Positions 1 through 8,477 of a DNA stretch of 43,280 bases are shown here, one piece after another; the stretch's first letter is position 1; each line of letters opens with the position of its first letter. The notes below the pieces were generated by a model that saw nothing but the letters and a program-made list of their open reading frames with translations, had not been told where the DNA came from and did not search any database. Made by a program: the position numbers and the translations under genes. Origin of the DNA: Myxococcales bacterium (lineage in GTDB: Bacteria > Myxococcota > Myxococcia > Myxococcales > 40CM-4-68-19); contig JBJMQJ010000204.1 of the NCBI GenBank assembly GCA_045802765.1, positions 1 through 43,280 of the forward strand. Direction: 5' to 3'.

Positions 1-2
1 AG

Positions 3-512
3 GAGGATGCCGCGCCCGGCTGGTGGGCGCGCATCATCGCCACCCACGCGCGGGTTCGCCTGGGTGGGGCGCCGCTCATCGACGGCGACGTGGTGGCGCG
101 GTGCCGGGACGCGCGCCCGATCGTCGGGTTGTACGTGCGCCGCGCCGATCTGCCCGGGTTCGTCTCGGGGCTCTTCTCCATGGACCGCCTGGCGGTGCGC
201 GGCTCGGTGGCGCTGGGGAAGGACCTGGTCGCCTTGCGCGACGTCGTCGCCGGCGGCGATGGCGCCTCGATCCGCGCCACCTATCTCACCTCGGGGGAAC
301 GCTCGGACGGAGCGGCGCTCTTGACCGTCGGCGGGATCCCAGTCGGCGTCGGCCTCGGGGCTCGCAACGGCGGCGTCCACCTGTTCGGCCCGGGCGATTG
401 GTTCAGCGAGCAGCAGGCGCGGCTACAGGGGGAGGTGGGCACGCCGGCCGAGGCCCGTGCACGCAGGGCGGCCGCGGCCGCGAGGCGCCCGGCCCGGAAA
501 CGCGGACGTTGA
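3..512 (+). CDS. C-terminal part of an unidentified protein; the 5' end lies outside the window
   Basis: Frame 3 is open from the window edge to TGA at 510-512, with strong G/C at third codon positions. The ORF track shows only the part after an internal GTG (90..512). No family motif was recognised. Confidence 0.45.
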   Translation, partial: EDAAPGWWARIIATHARVRLGGAPLIDGDVVARCRDARPIVGLYVRRADLPGFVSGLFSMDRLAVRGSVALGKDLVALRDVVAGGDGASIRATYLTSGERSDGAALLTVGGIPVGVGLGARNGGVHLFGPGDWFSEQQARLQGEVGTPAEARARRAAAAARRPARKRGR

Positions 513-520
513 GGTGCGCT

Positions 521-3500
521 TCAGGCGGGGACGGGCGGAACCAATTCCGCCTTCCGCCGCCGCTGCGCCAGGCGGTCCAGGGCGAGGTACACGACCGGCG
601 TGGTGAAGAGCGTGAGCAGTTGCGAGATGAGGAGCCCGCCGACGATGGCGATGCCGAGGGGCCGCCGCAGCTCGCTCCCCACGCCGTGCCCGAGCGCCAG
701 CGGGAGCCCTCCGAGCATCGCCGCCAGCGTGGTCATGAGGATGGGCCGGAAGCGCAAGAGGCACGCCTGGTAGATCGCGTCGCGCGTTCCCAGTCCCTGA
801 TCGCGCTCGGCCTCGATGGCGAAGTCGATCATCATGATCGCGTTCTTCTTCACGATGCCGATGAGCAGGATGATCCCGATCAGCGCGATGATGCTCAGCT
901 CGGTCTTGAACAGCATCAGCGCGAGCAGCGCCCCCACGCCGGCGGAGGGCAGCGTGGAGAGGATGGTCACCGGGTGGACGAGGCTCTCGTACAGGACGCC
1001 GAGCACGATGTAGACGGCGAGGAGCGCGGTGAGCACCAGCAGCGGTTCGCTCGCGAGCGAGTCCTGGAACGCCTGCGCGGTGCCCTGGAAGCTCGCCTGC
1101 AGCCCGGGCGGCATCCGGATCTCCTGCTCGGCACGGTGGATCGCGGTCACCGCCTGGCCCAGCGAGACGTCCGGCGCCAGGTTGAAGGACAGGGTCACCG
1201 CGGGGAACTGGCCCTGGTGGTTCACCGAGAGCGAGGTGGCGCGGGGCTCGAAGCGCGCGAATGCGGTCAGCGGCACCGGCGTCGCATCCTGCCCGCGCAC
1301 GTAGATCCCGCTCAAGGATTCCGGATAGGCGGCCAGCTCCGGCTTCGCCTCCAGGACCACGCGGTACTGGTTCACCTGCGTGTACATCGTCGCCACCTGG
1401 CGCTGGCCGAACGCGTCGTACAGCGTGGAGTCGACCACCGCGGGCGAGATGCCCATCCGCGAGGCGGTGTCTCGATCGACGTCGACGAAGAGCTGCAAGC
1501 CCGCGGTCTGCTGGTCGGTGTTCACGTCGCGTAGCTGGGGCAGCGTGCGCAGCTTCTCGAGGACGCGCGGCGACCACTGGAGCAGCTCCGCGAGGTTCAA
1601 ATCCTGAAGGGTGTACTGATACTGGGTGCGGGAAGTGCGGCCGCCGATGCGCACGTCCTGCACCGACTGTAGATAGAGGTTGATCCCTTCCACGCGCGCG
1701 AGCTTGGGGCGCAGGTCCGCGATCACCTGGTCGGCGGTGCGCTTGCGCTGGCCGAGCGGCTTGAGCTGCACGAACATGAAGCCGTTGTTCAGCGGGCCGT
1801 TCCCTCCGATGAAGGAGACCATGTGGTCCACTGCCCGGTCGGAGAGCACGGCGGCATTCACCGCTTCCTGCCGCTGCTTCATGGTCGGGAAGGAGACGTC
1901 CTGCGGCGCCTCGGAGAATCCGGCCAGGGCGCCGGTGTCCTGCTGCGGGAACAGCCCCTTGGGCACGATCACGTACAGCGCGACGGAGACGCCGAGGGTC
2001 ACCAGGGTGACGGCGAGCATCAGCCGGTCGTGGTCGAGCACCCATCGCAGCGAACGGTCGTACCCGCGCAGCAGGCGCTCGAACGCGCCCTCCGCCGCGC
2101 GCGCGACTCGTCCCTGTTCCGCGCCGTGCCGCAGCTCGAGCAGGCGCGAGGCCATCGACGGCGTGAGCGTGAGGGAGACGACGGCGCTGATCGCGATGGC
2201 CACCGAGAGCGTCACCGCGAACTCGCGGAAGAGGCGTCCGACGATGCCGCCCATGAGGAGGATGGGGATGAAGACGGCGAGGAGCGAGGCGGTGATCGAG
2301 ATGATGGTGAAGCCGATCTGCTTCGCGCCCTTCAGCGCCGCTTCCCGCGGCGGCATTCCCTGCTCGACGTAGCGCGCGATGTTCTCGGTGACGACGATGG
2401 CGTCGTCCACCACGAAGCCGGTCGCGATGGTGAGCGCCATGAGCGAGAGATTGTCCAGGCTGTACGAGAGCAGGTACATGGCGCCGAAGGTGCCGACCAA
2501 GGAGAGCGGCACCGCCACGGTGGGCACCAGCGTCGCGCGGATGCTGCGGAGGAAGGCGAACACCACCAGCACCACCAGGCAGACGCTGATCACCAGCGTG
2601 AACTGCACGTCGGCCACCGAGGCGCGGATGGTCTGGCTGCGGTCCTGCGCGACGTGGACGTCGATGGCCGGCGAGATGGAGCCCGAGAGCTGCGGCAAGA
2701 GCGCCTTGACCCGCTCGATGACGTCGATGATGTTCGCGCCGGGCTGGCGGCGGATGATGATGAGCACCGCGCGCTGCGCGTCGGCCCAGGCGGCGACGCG
2801 CTCGTTCTCCACGCTGTCGATCACTCGAGCGACGTCGGCGAGCCGCACCGGCGCCCCGTTCCGGTAGGCGACGACCAGCGGCGCGAAGTCCTTCGCGCGC
2901 AAGAGCTGGTCGTTGGCGGCGAGCGTGCGCATCTGCGCGGAGCCGCTCACCGCTCCCTTGGGCTGGTTCACCGTTGCGTTGGAGAGCGCCGCACGCACGT
3001 CCTCGAGCGAGAGGGAAAGCCCGGCGAGCGCCTGCGGGTCGGCCTGTACCCGGACCGCCGGCTGCTGCCCGCCGCCGACGAACACCTGCCCGACGCCCGG
3101 CACCTGGGAGATCTTCTGCGCCAGCACCGTATTCGCCTGGTCGAACACCTGCCCGAGCGGGACGGTGGCCGAGGTCAAGGAGAGGATGAGGATGGGCGCG
3201 TCGGCGGGGTTCACCTTGCGGTAGTTGGGGCGGGTGGGGAGGTTCGCCGGCAGGTCCCCGCCCGCCGCGTTGATGGCGGCCTGCACGTCGCGCGCGGCGG
3301 CGTCGACGTCGCGATCCAGCTCGAACTGGAGCGTGATGCCGGTCGAGCCGAGATAGCTGACCGAGGTGACCTCGCGCAGCCCGGCGATGCGTCCGAAGCG
3401 GCGCTCCAGGGGCGCCGCGACGGTGGAGGCCATCGTCTCCGGACTCGCTCCGGGGAGCGCCGCGTTCACCGAAATGGTGGGGAAGTCGACCCGCGGAAGG

Positions 3501-3607
3501 GGCGCTACCGGAAGCTGCGTGTACGCGGCCGCTCCGGCGAGCAGGACCGCCGCCGCGAGGAGCGAGGTGGCGACGGGCCGCTGGATGAACGGCGCGGAGA
3601 CGTTCAT
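521..3607 (-). CDS. mdtC: RND multidrug efflux permease, MdtC-type (1028 aa)
   Basis: An internal ATG at 3607 of the read-through ORF 521..5890 gives MNVSAPFIQRPVATSLL. The blocks LPVAPLPRVDFPTISV, PGASPETMASTVAAPLERRFGRIAG and ATGFVVDDAIVVTENIARY closely match E. coli MdtC as I recall it. An ATGA overlap (3604-3607) joins it to the upstream RND gene stop. Confidence 0.93.
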   Translation of the reverse strand: MNVSAPFIQRPVATSLLAAAVLLAGAAAYTQLPVAPLPRVDFPTISVNAALPGASPETMASTVAAPLERRFGRIAGLREVTSVSYLGSTGITLQFELDRDVDAAARDVQAAINAAGGDLPANLPTRPNYRKVNPADAPILILSLTSATVPLGQVFDQANTVLAQKISQVPGVGQVFVGGGQQPAVRVQADPQALAGLSLSLEDVRAALSNATVNQPKGAVSGSAQMRTLAANDQLLRAKDFAPLVVAYRNGAPVRLADVARVIDSVENERVAAWADAQRAVLIIIRRQPGANIIDVIERVKALLPQLSGSISPAIDVHVAQDRSQTIRASVADVQFTLVISVCLVVLVVFAFLRSIRATLVPTVAVPLSLVGTFGAMYLLSYSLDNLSLMALTIATGFVVDDAIVVTENIARYVEQGMPPREAALKGAKQIGFTIISITASLLAVFIPILLMGGIVGRLFREFAVTLSVAIAISAVVSLTLTPSMASRLLELRHGAEQGRVARAAEGAFERLLRGYDRSLRWVLDHDRLMLAVTLVTLGVSVALYVIVPKGLFPQQDTGALAGFSEAPQDVSFPTMKQRQEAVNAAVLSDRAVDHMVSFIGGNGPLNNGFMFVQLKPLGQRKRTADQVIADLRPKLARVEGINLYLQSVQDVRIGGRTSRTQYQYTLQDLNLAELLQWSPRVLEKLRTLPQLRDVNTDQQTAGLQLFVDVDRDTASRMGISPAVVDSTLYDAFGQRQVATMYTQVNQYRVVLEAKPELAAYPESLSGIYVRGQDATPVPLTAFARFEPRATSLSVNHQGQFPAVTLSFNLAPDVSLGQAVTAIHRAEQEIRMPPGLQASFQGTAQAFQDSLASEPLLVLTALLAVYIVLGVLYESLVHPVTILSTLPSAGVGALLALMLFKTELSIIALIGIILLIGIVKKNAIMMIDFAIEAERDQGLGTRDAIYQACLLRFRPILMTTLAAMLGGLPLALGHGVGSELRRPLGIAIVGGLLISQLLTLFTTPVVYLALDRLAQRRRKAELVPPVPA

Positions 3608-6600
3608 GGCGAGAGCTGCGGCTCGGGTTGCGCCGCCTTGCGCCCGCGCAGCAGGCGGCCGAGACGACCCATGTAGAGGTAGATGACCGGCGTGGTGTAC
3701 AGCGTGAGCACCTGCGAGACGAGGAGCCCGCCCACGATGCTGATGCCGAGCGGTCGGCGCAGCTCGGACCCGGTTCCCTGCCCCAGCGCGAGCGGCAGGC
3801 CGCCCAAGAGCGCCGCCATGGTCGTCATCATGATCGGCCGGAACCGCAAGAGGCACGCCTGCGTGATCGCCTCGGTGGGAGAGAGGCCCTGATCGCGCTC
3901 CGCCTCCAGCGCGAAGTCGATCATCATGATCGCGTTCTTCTTCACGATGCCGATGAGAAGGATGATGCCGATGAGCGCGATCACGCTGAACTCCGTCCGG
4001 CAGACGATCAGCGCGAGCAGCGCTCCCACGCCCGCGGAAGGCAGCGTGGAGAGGATGGTGACCGGGTGGATGTAGCTCTCGTAGAGCACTCCGAGCACGA
4101 TGTAGACGGTCAGGAGCGCAGCCAGGATCAGCGCGGGCTCGCTGGCCAGCGACTCGCGGAAGGCCTGCGCCGTGCCCGCGAACTCGGAGCGCACGCCCGG
4201 AGGCAGACCCAGCTCCGTCCGGAGGGCATTGATCGCGTCGACCGCATCTCCCAGCGCGGCGCCTCTCGCCAGGTTGAAGGAGATGGTCACCGCCGGGAAC
4301 TGGCCCTGGTGGTTCATCGCCAGCGGCGCGAGCGTCTCGGCAGCCTGCGCGAAGGCGGAGAACGGCACCTGGTCTCCGCTCTGCGTGCGCACGTACAGGC
4401 GATCGAGCGCCTCCGGATGCTGCGCCTGCTCCGGCGAAAGCTCGAGGATCACGCGGTACTGGTTGAGCTGGGTGAAGATGGTGGTCACCTGCCGCTGCCC
4501 GAAAGCGTCGTAGAGGGTGTCGTCGACCGCCTGCGGAGAGACCCCCAGCCGCGAGGCCGTGTCCCGGTCGATGGTGATCTTGAGCTGCAACCCGTCCGAT
4601 TCCTCGTCGCTGGCCACGTCGGCGAGCTGCGGAAGCTTTTGCATCTGCTCCAGCATGCGCGGCGCCCATTCCTGCAACTCGCTCGGATCGGCGTCCTCCA
4701 GCGTGTACTGGAACTGGGTGCGGCTGGTGCGCGTCTCGATGGTCAGGTCCTGCACGGGCTGGAGGTAGAGCGTGATCCCCGGCACCTCGGCCAGGCGCGG
4801 CCGGAGCCGGGCGATGATCTCGCTCACGTCGGCCTTCCGTTGCGAGCGGGGCTTGAGCGTGATCGAGACGCGGCCGCTGTTGCTCGTGGGATTCACCCCG
4901 TCGGCGCCGATGGACGAGGCGACGGAAGCGACGTCCGGGTCCGAGAGGATCGCTTCGTCGACGGTGCGCTGCAGGTTCGCCAGCCGGGCGAAGGAAGCGT
5001 CGGGCTGGGCGACCGAGACGCCGACGACGAGCCCCGTGTCCTGCAGTGGGAAGAAACCCTTCGGGATGGCCACCGCCAGCACCGCGGTGAGGAGCAGCGT
5101 CGCGACCGTCACCAGGAGCGTCTCGGGCTGGTGCGCGAGGACCCACCCGAGGCTGCGCTCGTAGACGGCGAGCATGGCGGCGAAGCCTCGTTCGAAGGCG
5201 CGCGCCAGCCGGCCTTCCCGCTCTTCGGCGCGCGGCTTGAGCAAGTGCGCGCACATCATCGCGGTCAACGTCAGCGAGAGCACCGCGGAGACGCAGATGG
5301 CGATGGCGAGCGTGACGGCGAACTCGCGGAAGAGCCGCCCGATGATCCCGCCCATGAACAGGAGCGGGATGAGCACCGCCACCAGCGAGACGGTGAGGGA
5401 GACGATGGTGAACCCGATCTGCTTGGAACCCTTCAGCGCCGCCTCGAAGGGCCGATCGCCGTGCTCGATGAACCGGGCGATGTTCTCGATCATCACGATG
5501 GCGTCGTCGACCACGAACCCGGTGGAGATGGTCAGCGCCATGAGGGACAGGTTGTTCAGGCTGTACCCGCACAGGTACATCACCGCGAAAGTCCCGATGA
5601 GCGAGAGCGGCACCGCGATGCCGGGGATGATCGTCGCCCGCACCGAGCGGAGGAAGACGTAGATCACCGCCACCACCAGCAGCACGGTGAGGATGAGCGT
5701 GAACTGCACGTCGTCGACCGAGGCGCGGACCGTCTCGGTGCGATCGCTCAAGATGCTCACCTCCAGGCTTTGCGGCAGGCTGGCCTGCAGCTGGGGCAGC
5801 AGGTTCTTGACCCGGTCGGCGACCTGGATCACGTTCGCCCCGGGCTGGCGCTGGACGTTGACGATGACCGCGCGCTTGCCGTTCGCCCATCCGGCGAGCT
5901 GCGCGTTCTCGACCTCGTCCGCGACCTGCGCCACGTCGCGCAGCCGGATCGGCGCGCCGTTCCGGTAGGCGACGATGAGCGGCCGGAAGGACCCCGCGTC
6001 GGAGAGCTGGTCGTTGGTGGCCAGGGCGAAGTCCTGCCGCGGCCCGTCCAGGTTTCCTTTCGGCTGGTTGACGTTGGCCGCCACCAGCGCCAGGCGCACG
6101 TCCTCGAGCGTCAGCCCGGTCCCCGCCAGCGCGGACGGGTCCGCTTGCACCCGGACGGCGGGCTTCTGCCCGCCGCCGATGGTGACCAGGCCCACTCCGG
6201 ACACCTGCGAGATCTTCTGCGCCAGGATGGAGTCGGCGGCGTCGGCAACCTGCGAGATGGGCATGCTCTCCGAGCTGACCGCCACGGTGAGGACGGGCGT
6301 ATCCGCCGGGTTGCTCTTGCTGTACGTGGGCGGCGACGGGAGGGTGCGCGGCAGCAAATTCGAGGCGGCATTGATCGCGGCCTGCACGTCCTGCTCGGCG
6401 GCGTCGATGTTGCGCGAGAGCTCGAACTGCAGGGTGATCTGCGAGCTGCCGAAGCCGGACACCGAGGTCATCTGCGAGAGGCCCGGCATCTGCCCGAACT
6501 GCCGCTCCAGCGGCGTGGTCACCGCCGATGCCATCGTCTCGGCGCTCGCGCCCGGCAGCAGGGTGGAGACCAGGATCGTGGGGTAGTCGACCTGCGGAAG

Positions 6601-6708
6601 CGCGGCGACTGGCAGCTGCTTGTAGCCGATGAAGCCCGCGAGGAGCAGCCCCGCGGTGAGGAGCGAGGTGGCCACCGGCCGCCGGATGAACGGCTCGGAG
6701 ATGCTCAC
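3604..6708 (-). CDS. mdtB: RND multidrug efflux permease, MdtB-type (1034 aa)
   Basis: A GTG at 6708 inside ORF 3604..7869 gives VSISEPFIRRPVATSLL. The blocks TPLERQFGQMPGLSQMTS, YSKSNPADTPVLTVAV and STGFVVDDAIVMIENI match MdtB. A GTGA overlap (6705-6708) joins it to the membrane-fusion gene stop. Confidence 0.93.
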   Translation of the reverse strand: MSISEPFIRRPVATSLLTAGLLLAGFIGYKQLPVAALPQVDYPTILVSTLLPGASAETMASAVTTPLERQFGQMPGLSQMTSVSGFGSSQITLQFELSRNIDAAEQDVQAAINAASNLLPRTLPSPPTYSKSNPADTPVLTVAVSSESMPISQVADAADSILAQKISQVSGVGLVTIGGGQKPAVRVQADPSALAGTGLTLEDVRLALVAANVNQPKGNLDGPRQDFALATNDQLSDAGSFRPLIVAYRNGAPIRLRDVAQVADEVENAQLAGWANGKRAVIVNVQRQPGANVIQVADRVKNLLPQLQASLPQSLEVSILSDRTETVRASVDDVQFTLILTVLLVVAVIYVFLRSVRATIIPGIAVPLSLIGTFAVMYLCGYSLNNLSLMALTISTGFVVDDAIVMIENIARFIEHGDRPFEAALKGSKQIGFTIVSLTVSLVAVLIPLLFMGGIIGRLFREFAVTLAIAICVSAVLSLTLTAMMCAHLLKPRAEEREGRLARAFERGFAAMLAVYERSLGWVLAHQPETLLVTVATLLLTAVLAVAIPKGFFPLQDTGLVVGVSVAQPDASFARLANLQRTVDEAILSDPDVASVASSIGADGVNPTSNSGRVSITLKPRSQRKADVSEIIARLRPRLAEVPGITLYLQPVQDLTIETRTSRTQFQYTLEDADPSELQEWAPRMLEQMQKLPQLADVASDEESDGLQLKITIDRDTASRLGVSPQAVDDTLYDAFGQRQVTTIFTQLNQYRVILELSPEQAQHPEALDRLYVRTQSGDQVPFSAFAQAAETLAPLAMNHQGQFPAVTISFNLARGAALGDAVDAINALRTELGLPPGVRSEFAGTAQAFRESLASEPALILAALLTVYIVLGVLYESYIHPVTILSTLPSAGVGALLALIVCRTEFSVIALIGIILLIGIVKKNAIMMIDFALEAERDQGLSPTEAITQACLLRFRPIMMTTMAALLGGLPLALGQGTGSELRRPLGISIVGGLLVSQVLTLYTTPVIYLYMGRLGRLLRGRKAAQPEPQLSP

Positions 6709-7877
6709 CGCTCGGCCCCGATGGCGCGACCGCTGGGTTGGGCCGGCCGCGCCGCCGCCGGGCGGGGCGCGACCTTGGCGCCGGGCCGGAGCGCAGCGGC
6801 GCCGTCCGCCACCACCACGTCGCCGGGCGACAGGCCGCGGGCGATCCCCGCCACGTCTCCCTGGGTCAGCTCGACCTCGATGGGCCGCGGCTGGACCGTC
6901 TGGTCGGGTCCGACGACGTACGCGAAGGTGCCCTCGGGGCCGCGCTGCACCGCCGTCGTGGGCACCACGATGGCTCCCTTGCGCACGGTGAGCAGGAGGC
7001 GCGCCTTGACGAACTGGTTGGGCCACAAGGTCCGCTGCGGATTGGCGAAGGTAGCCTTCAGCCGCATGGTCGCGGTGTTCTGGTTGATCTGGTTGTCGAT
7101 GACGAGCAGCTCGCCGGTGCCGAGCTTCACGTTGCCGTCGCGGCCATAGGCTTCGACGGCGAGGGCGCCCAGCTCCATCTGCTGGGCGACCTGCGGCAGG
7201 TAGTCCTGGGGCAGCGTGAAGAGCACCGCGACCGGATCGAGCTGGGTGATGACCACGATGCCGCTCGCGTCGCTCGCCCTGATTAGATTTCCTGGATCGA
7301 CCAGCCGCACGCCGGTGACGCCTTCGATGGGCGAGGTGATGCGCGCGTAGTCCAGGTTGAGCCGGGCGCTGTCGATCTGCGACCGGTCGATGCGCGCCGC
7401 GCCCTCGAACTGGCCGACGGCGGCCTCCTGGTTGTCGACGTCCTGCTGCGAGACGAGCTTCTCGCGCAAGAGCTCGAGGTTGCGCGCCAGCGCAAGGCGG
7501 GCGGTACGGAGTTGCGCCGTGTCTCGCGTCAGTGCGCCGCGCGCCTGCTCGAGCTGCACCTGGAACGGCCGTGGATCGATCTGCGCGAGCACCTCTCCGC
7601 GGCGGACGACCTGGCCTTCGCGGAAGCTCACCGAATCGAGCCGGCCGTCGACTTGCGGCCGCACCGTGATGGTCTTCGCCGCGACGACGGTGCCCAGGCC
7701 GTCGAGGTAGATGGGCAGGTCCCGCTGCTGCACCTGCGCCGTCACGACCGGCACCTGGCGCTGCTGCGATTGGGCCGCGCCGCTGGGCGACGGCTGCTGC
7801 CGGCCGGACCTGCGCACGAACCAGATCGTGCCGGCGACGAGGAGAACGCCGAGCGCCACCATGATCCACCGCCTCAT
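6705..7877 (-). CDS. mdtA: RND efflux membrane-fusion (periplasmic adaptor) protein, MdtA-type (390 aa)
   Basis: It has an N-terminal TM/signal segment (MRRWIMVALGVLLVAG). HlyD-type blocks include VTAQVQQRDLPIYLDGLGTV, RPQVDGRL and YARITSPIEGVTG. It lies directly upstream of two RND genes. Confidence 0.9.
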   Translation of the reverse strand: MRRWIMVALGVLLVAGTIWFVRRSGRQQPSPSGAAQSQQRQVPVVTAQVQQRDLPIYLDGLGTVVAAKTITVRPQVDGRLDSVSFREGQVVRRGEVLAQIDPRPFQVQLEQARGALTRDTAQLRTARLALARNLELLREKLVSQQDVDNQEAAVGQFEGAARIDRSQIDSARLNLDYARITSPIEGVTGVRLVDPGNLIRASDASGIVVITQLDPVAVLFTLPQDYLPQVAQQMELGALAVEAYGRDGNVKLGTGELLVIDNQINQNTATMRLKATFANPQRTLWPNQFVKARLLLTVRKGAIVVPTTAVQRGPEGTFAYVVGPDQTVQPRPIEVELTQGDVAGIARGLSPGDVVVADGAAALRPGAKVAPRPAAARPAQPSGRAIGAER

Positions 7878-8377
7878 CGCGGCCTCCCTCTGACGCCGCC
7901 GGCGCGCTCAGCCGGACTGGCGCGGTCGGACGCTTCGAATCGAGCCACCGGCGCTCCCTGGAGGTTGCGGATGACCTTGCGCAGCGATTCGCGCAGCGCG
8001 GCCTCTTCGGCGGCGTTCATGCCCGTGACCACCCGCGCGCGAAGGTCATCCGCGATCGGGCGCAGCTTGCGGACGAGCTCCGACCCGCGGCGGGTGAGGC
8101 TCAGGCGCGAGCGCCGGCGGTCACCGGGGTCGAGGTCGAAGCGCACCAGGCCGCGGCGCACCAGCGCGGCGACGATCCGCGAAGCCGCGGGCGGATCGAT
8201 CCGCTGCCGGCGCGCGAGCTGTCCGAGCGAGCAGCCGGACATGCCCGCGACCGCGAGCAACGTCCAGAATTGTGGAGGGTTGAGGCGCAGCGGCGTGACG
8301 CGCTCCTGCACCGCGTGGCGCAGCGATCGGCGCGCCGCGGCGATGAGGAGGCCCACGTACTCTTGCGATTGCAACAT
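7874..8377 (-). CDS. MarR-family transcriptional regulator, first gene of the efflux operon
   Basis: It has a winged-helix MarR pattern (LNPPQFWTLLAVAGMSGCSLGQLARRQRIDPPAASRIVAALVRRGLVRFDLDPGDRRRSRLSLTRRG). I prefer the ATG at 8377 (MLQSQEYVG) over the track start at 8416. Its stop overlaps the mdtA start (TCAT at 7874-7877). Confidence 0.85.
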   Translation of the reverse strand: MLQSQEYVGLLIAAARRSLRHAVQERVTPLRLNPPQFWTLLAVAGMSGCSLGQLARRQRIDPPAASRIVAALVRRGLVRFDLDPGDRRRSRLSLTRRGSELVRKLRPIADDLRARVVTGMNAAEEAALRESLRKVIRNLQGAPVARFEASDRASPAERAGGVRGRPR

Positions 8378-8390
8378 TTGCGCGTTGCAA
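8369..8390. promoter_or_regulatory. Candidate MarR operator: inverted repeat TTGCAAC-N8-GTTGCAA
   Basis: The sequence is ttgcaacatttgcgcgttgcaa. The 7-bp arms are exact reverse complements. The repeat overlaps the proposed marR start codon (8375-8377) and sits in a TTGC-rich stretch (8363-8391). Confidence 0.4.
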
Positions 8391-8477
8391 CTAGTCCCCC
8401 GCGGAGCCCCGGTCAAGGCTTGCGGGCGGCCGGACGTGTTTCGGATTGTTGCGCTCTACGCTTGCCGAGTTGCCGCG

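Noticed and set aside
23-7149. Very long plus-strand ORFs (23..1534, 1823..3676, 3628..7149 and others) opposite the mdtABC genes.
   Set aside because: They are antisense to genes with strong RND and membrane-fusion homology. Their translations are Arg/Gly/Asp/His-rich low-complexity sequence, typical of out-of-frame high-GC DNA. I read them as stop-codon-poor artefacts.
521-7869. The 1789-aa (521..5890) and 1421-aa (3604..7869) minus-strand ORFs taken at face value as giant proteins.
   Set aside because: The N-terminal two-fifths of each is out-of-frame read-through across the upstream gene. Homology begins at the internal starts 3607 and 6708. Those starts sit exactly at 4-nt overlaps with the upstream stops.
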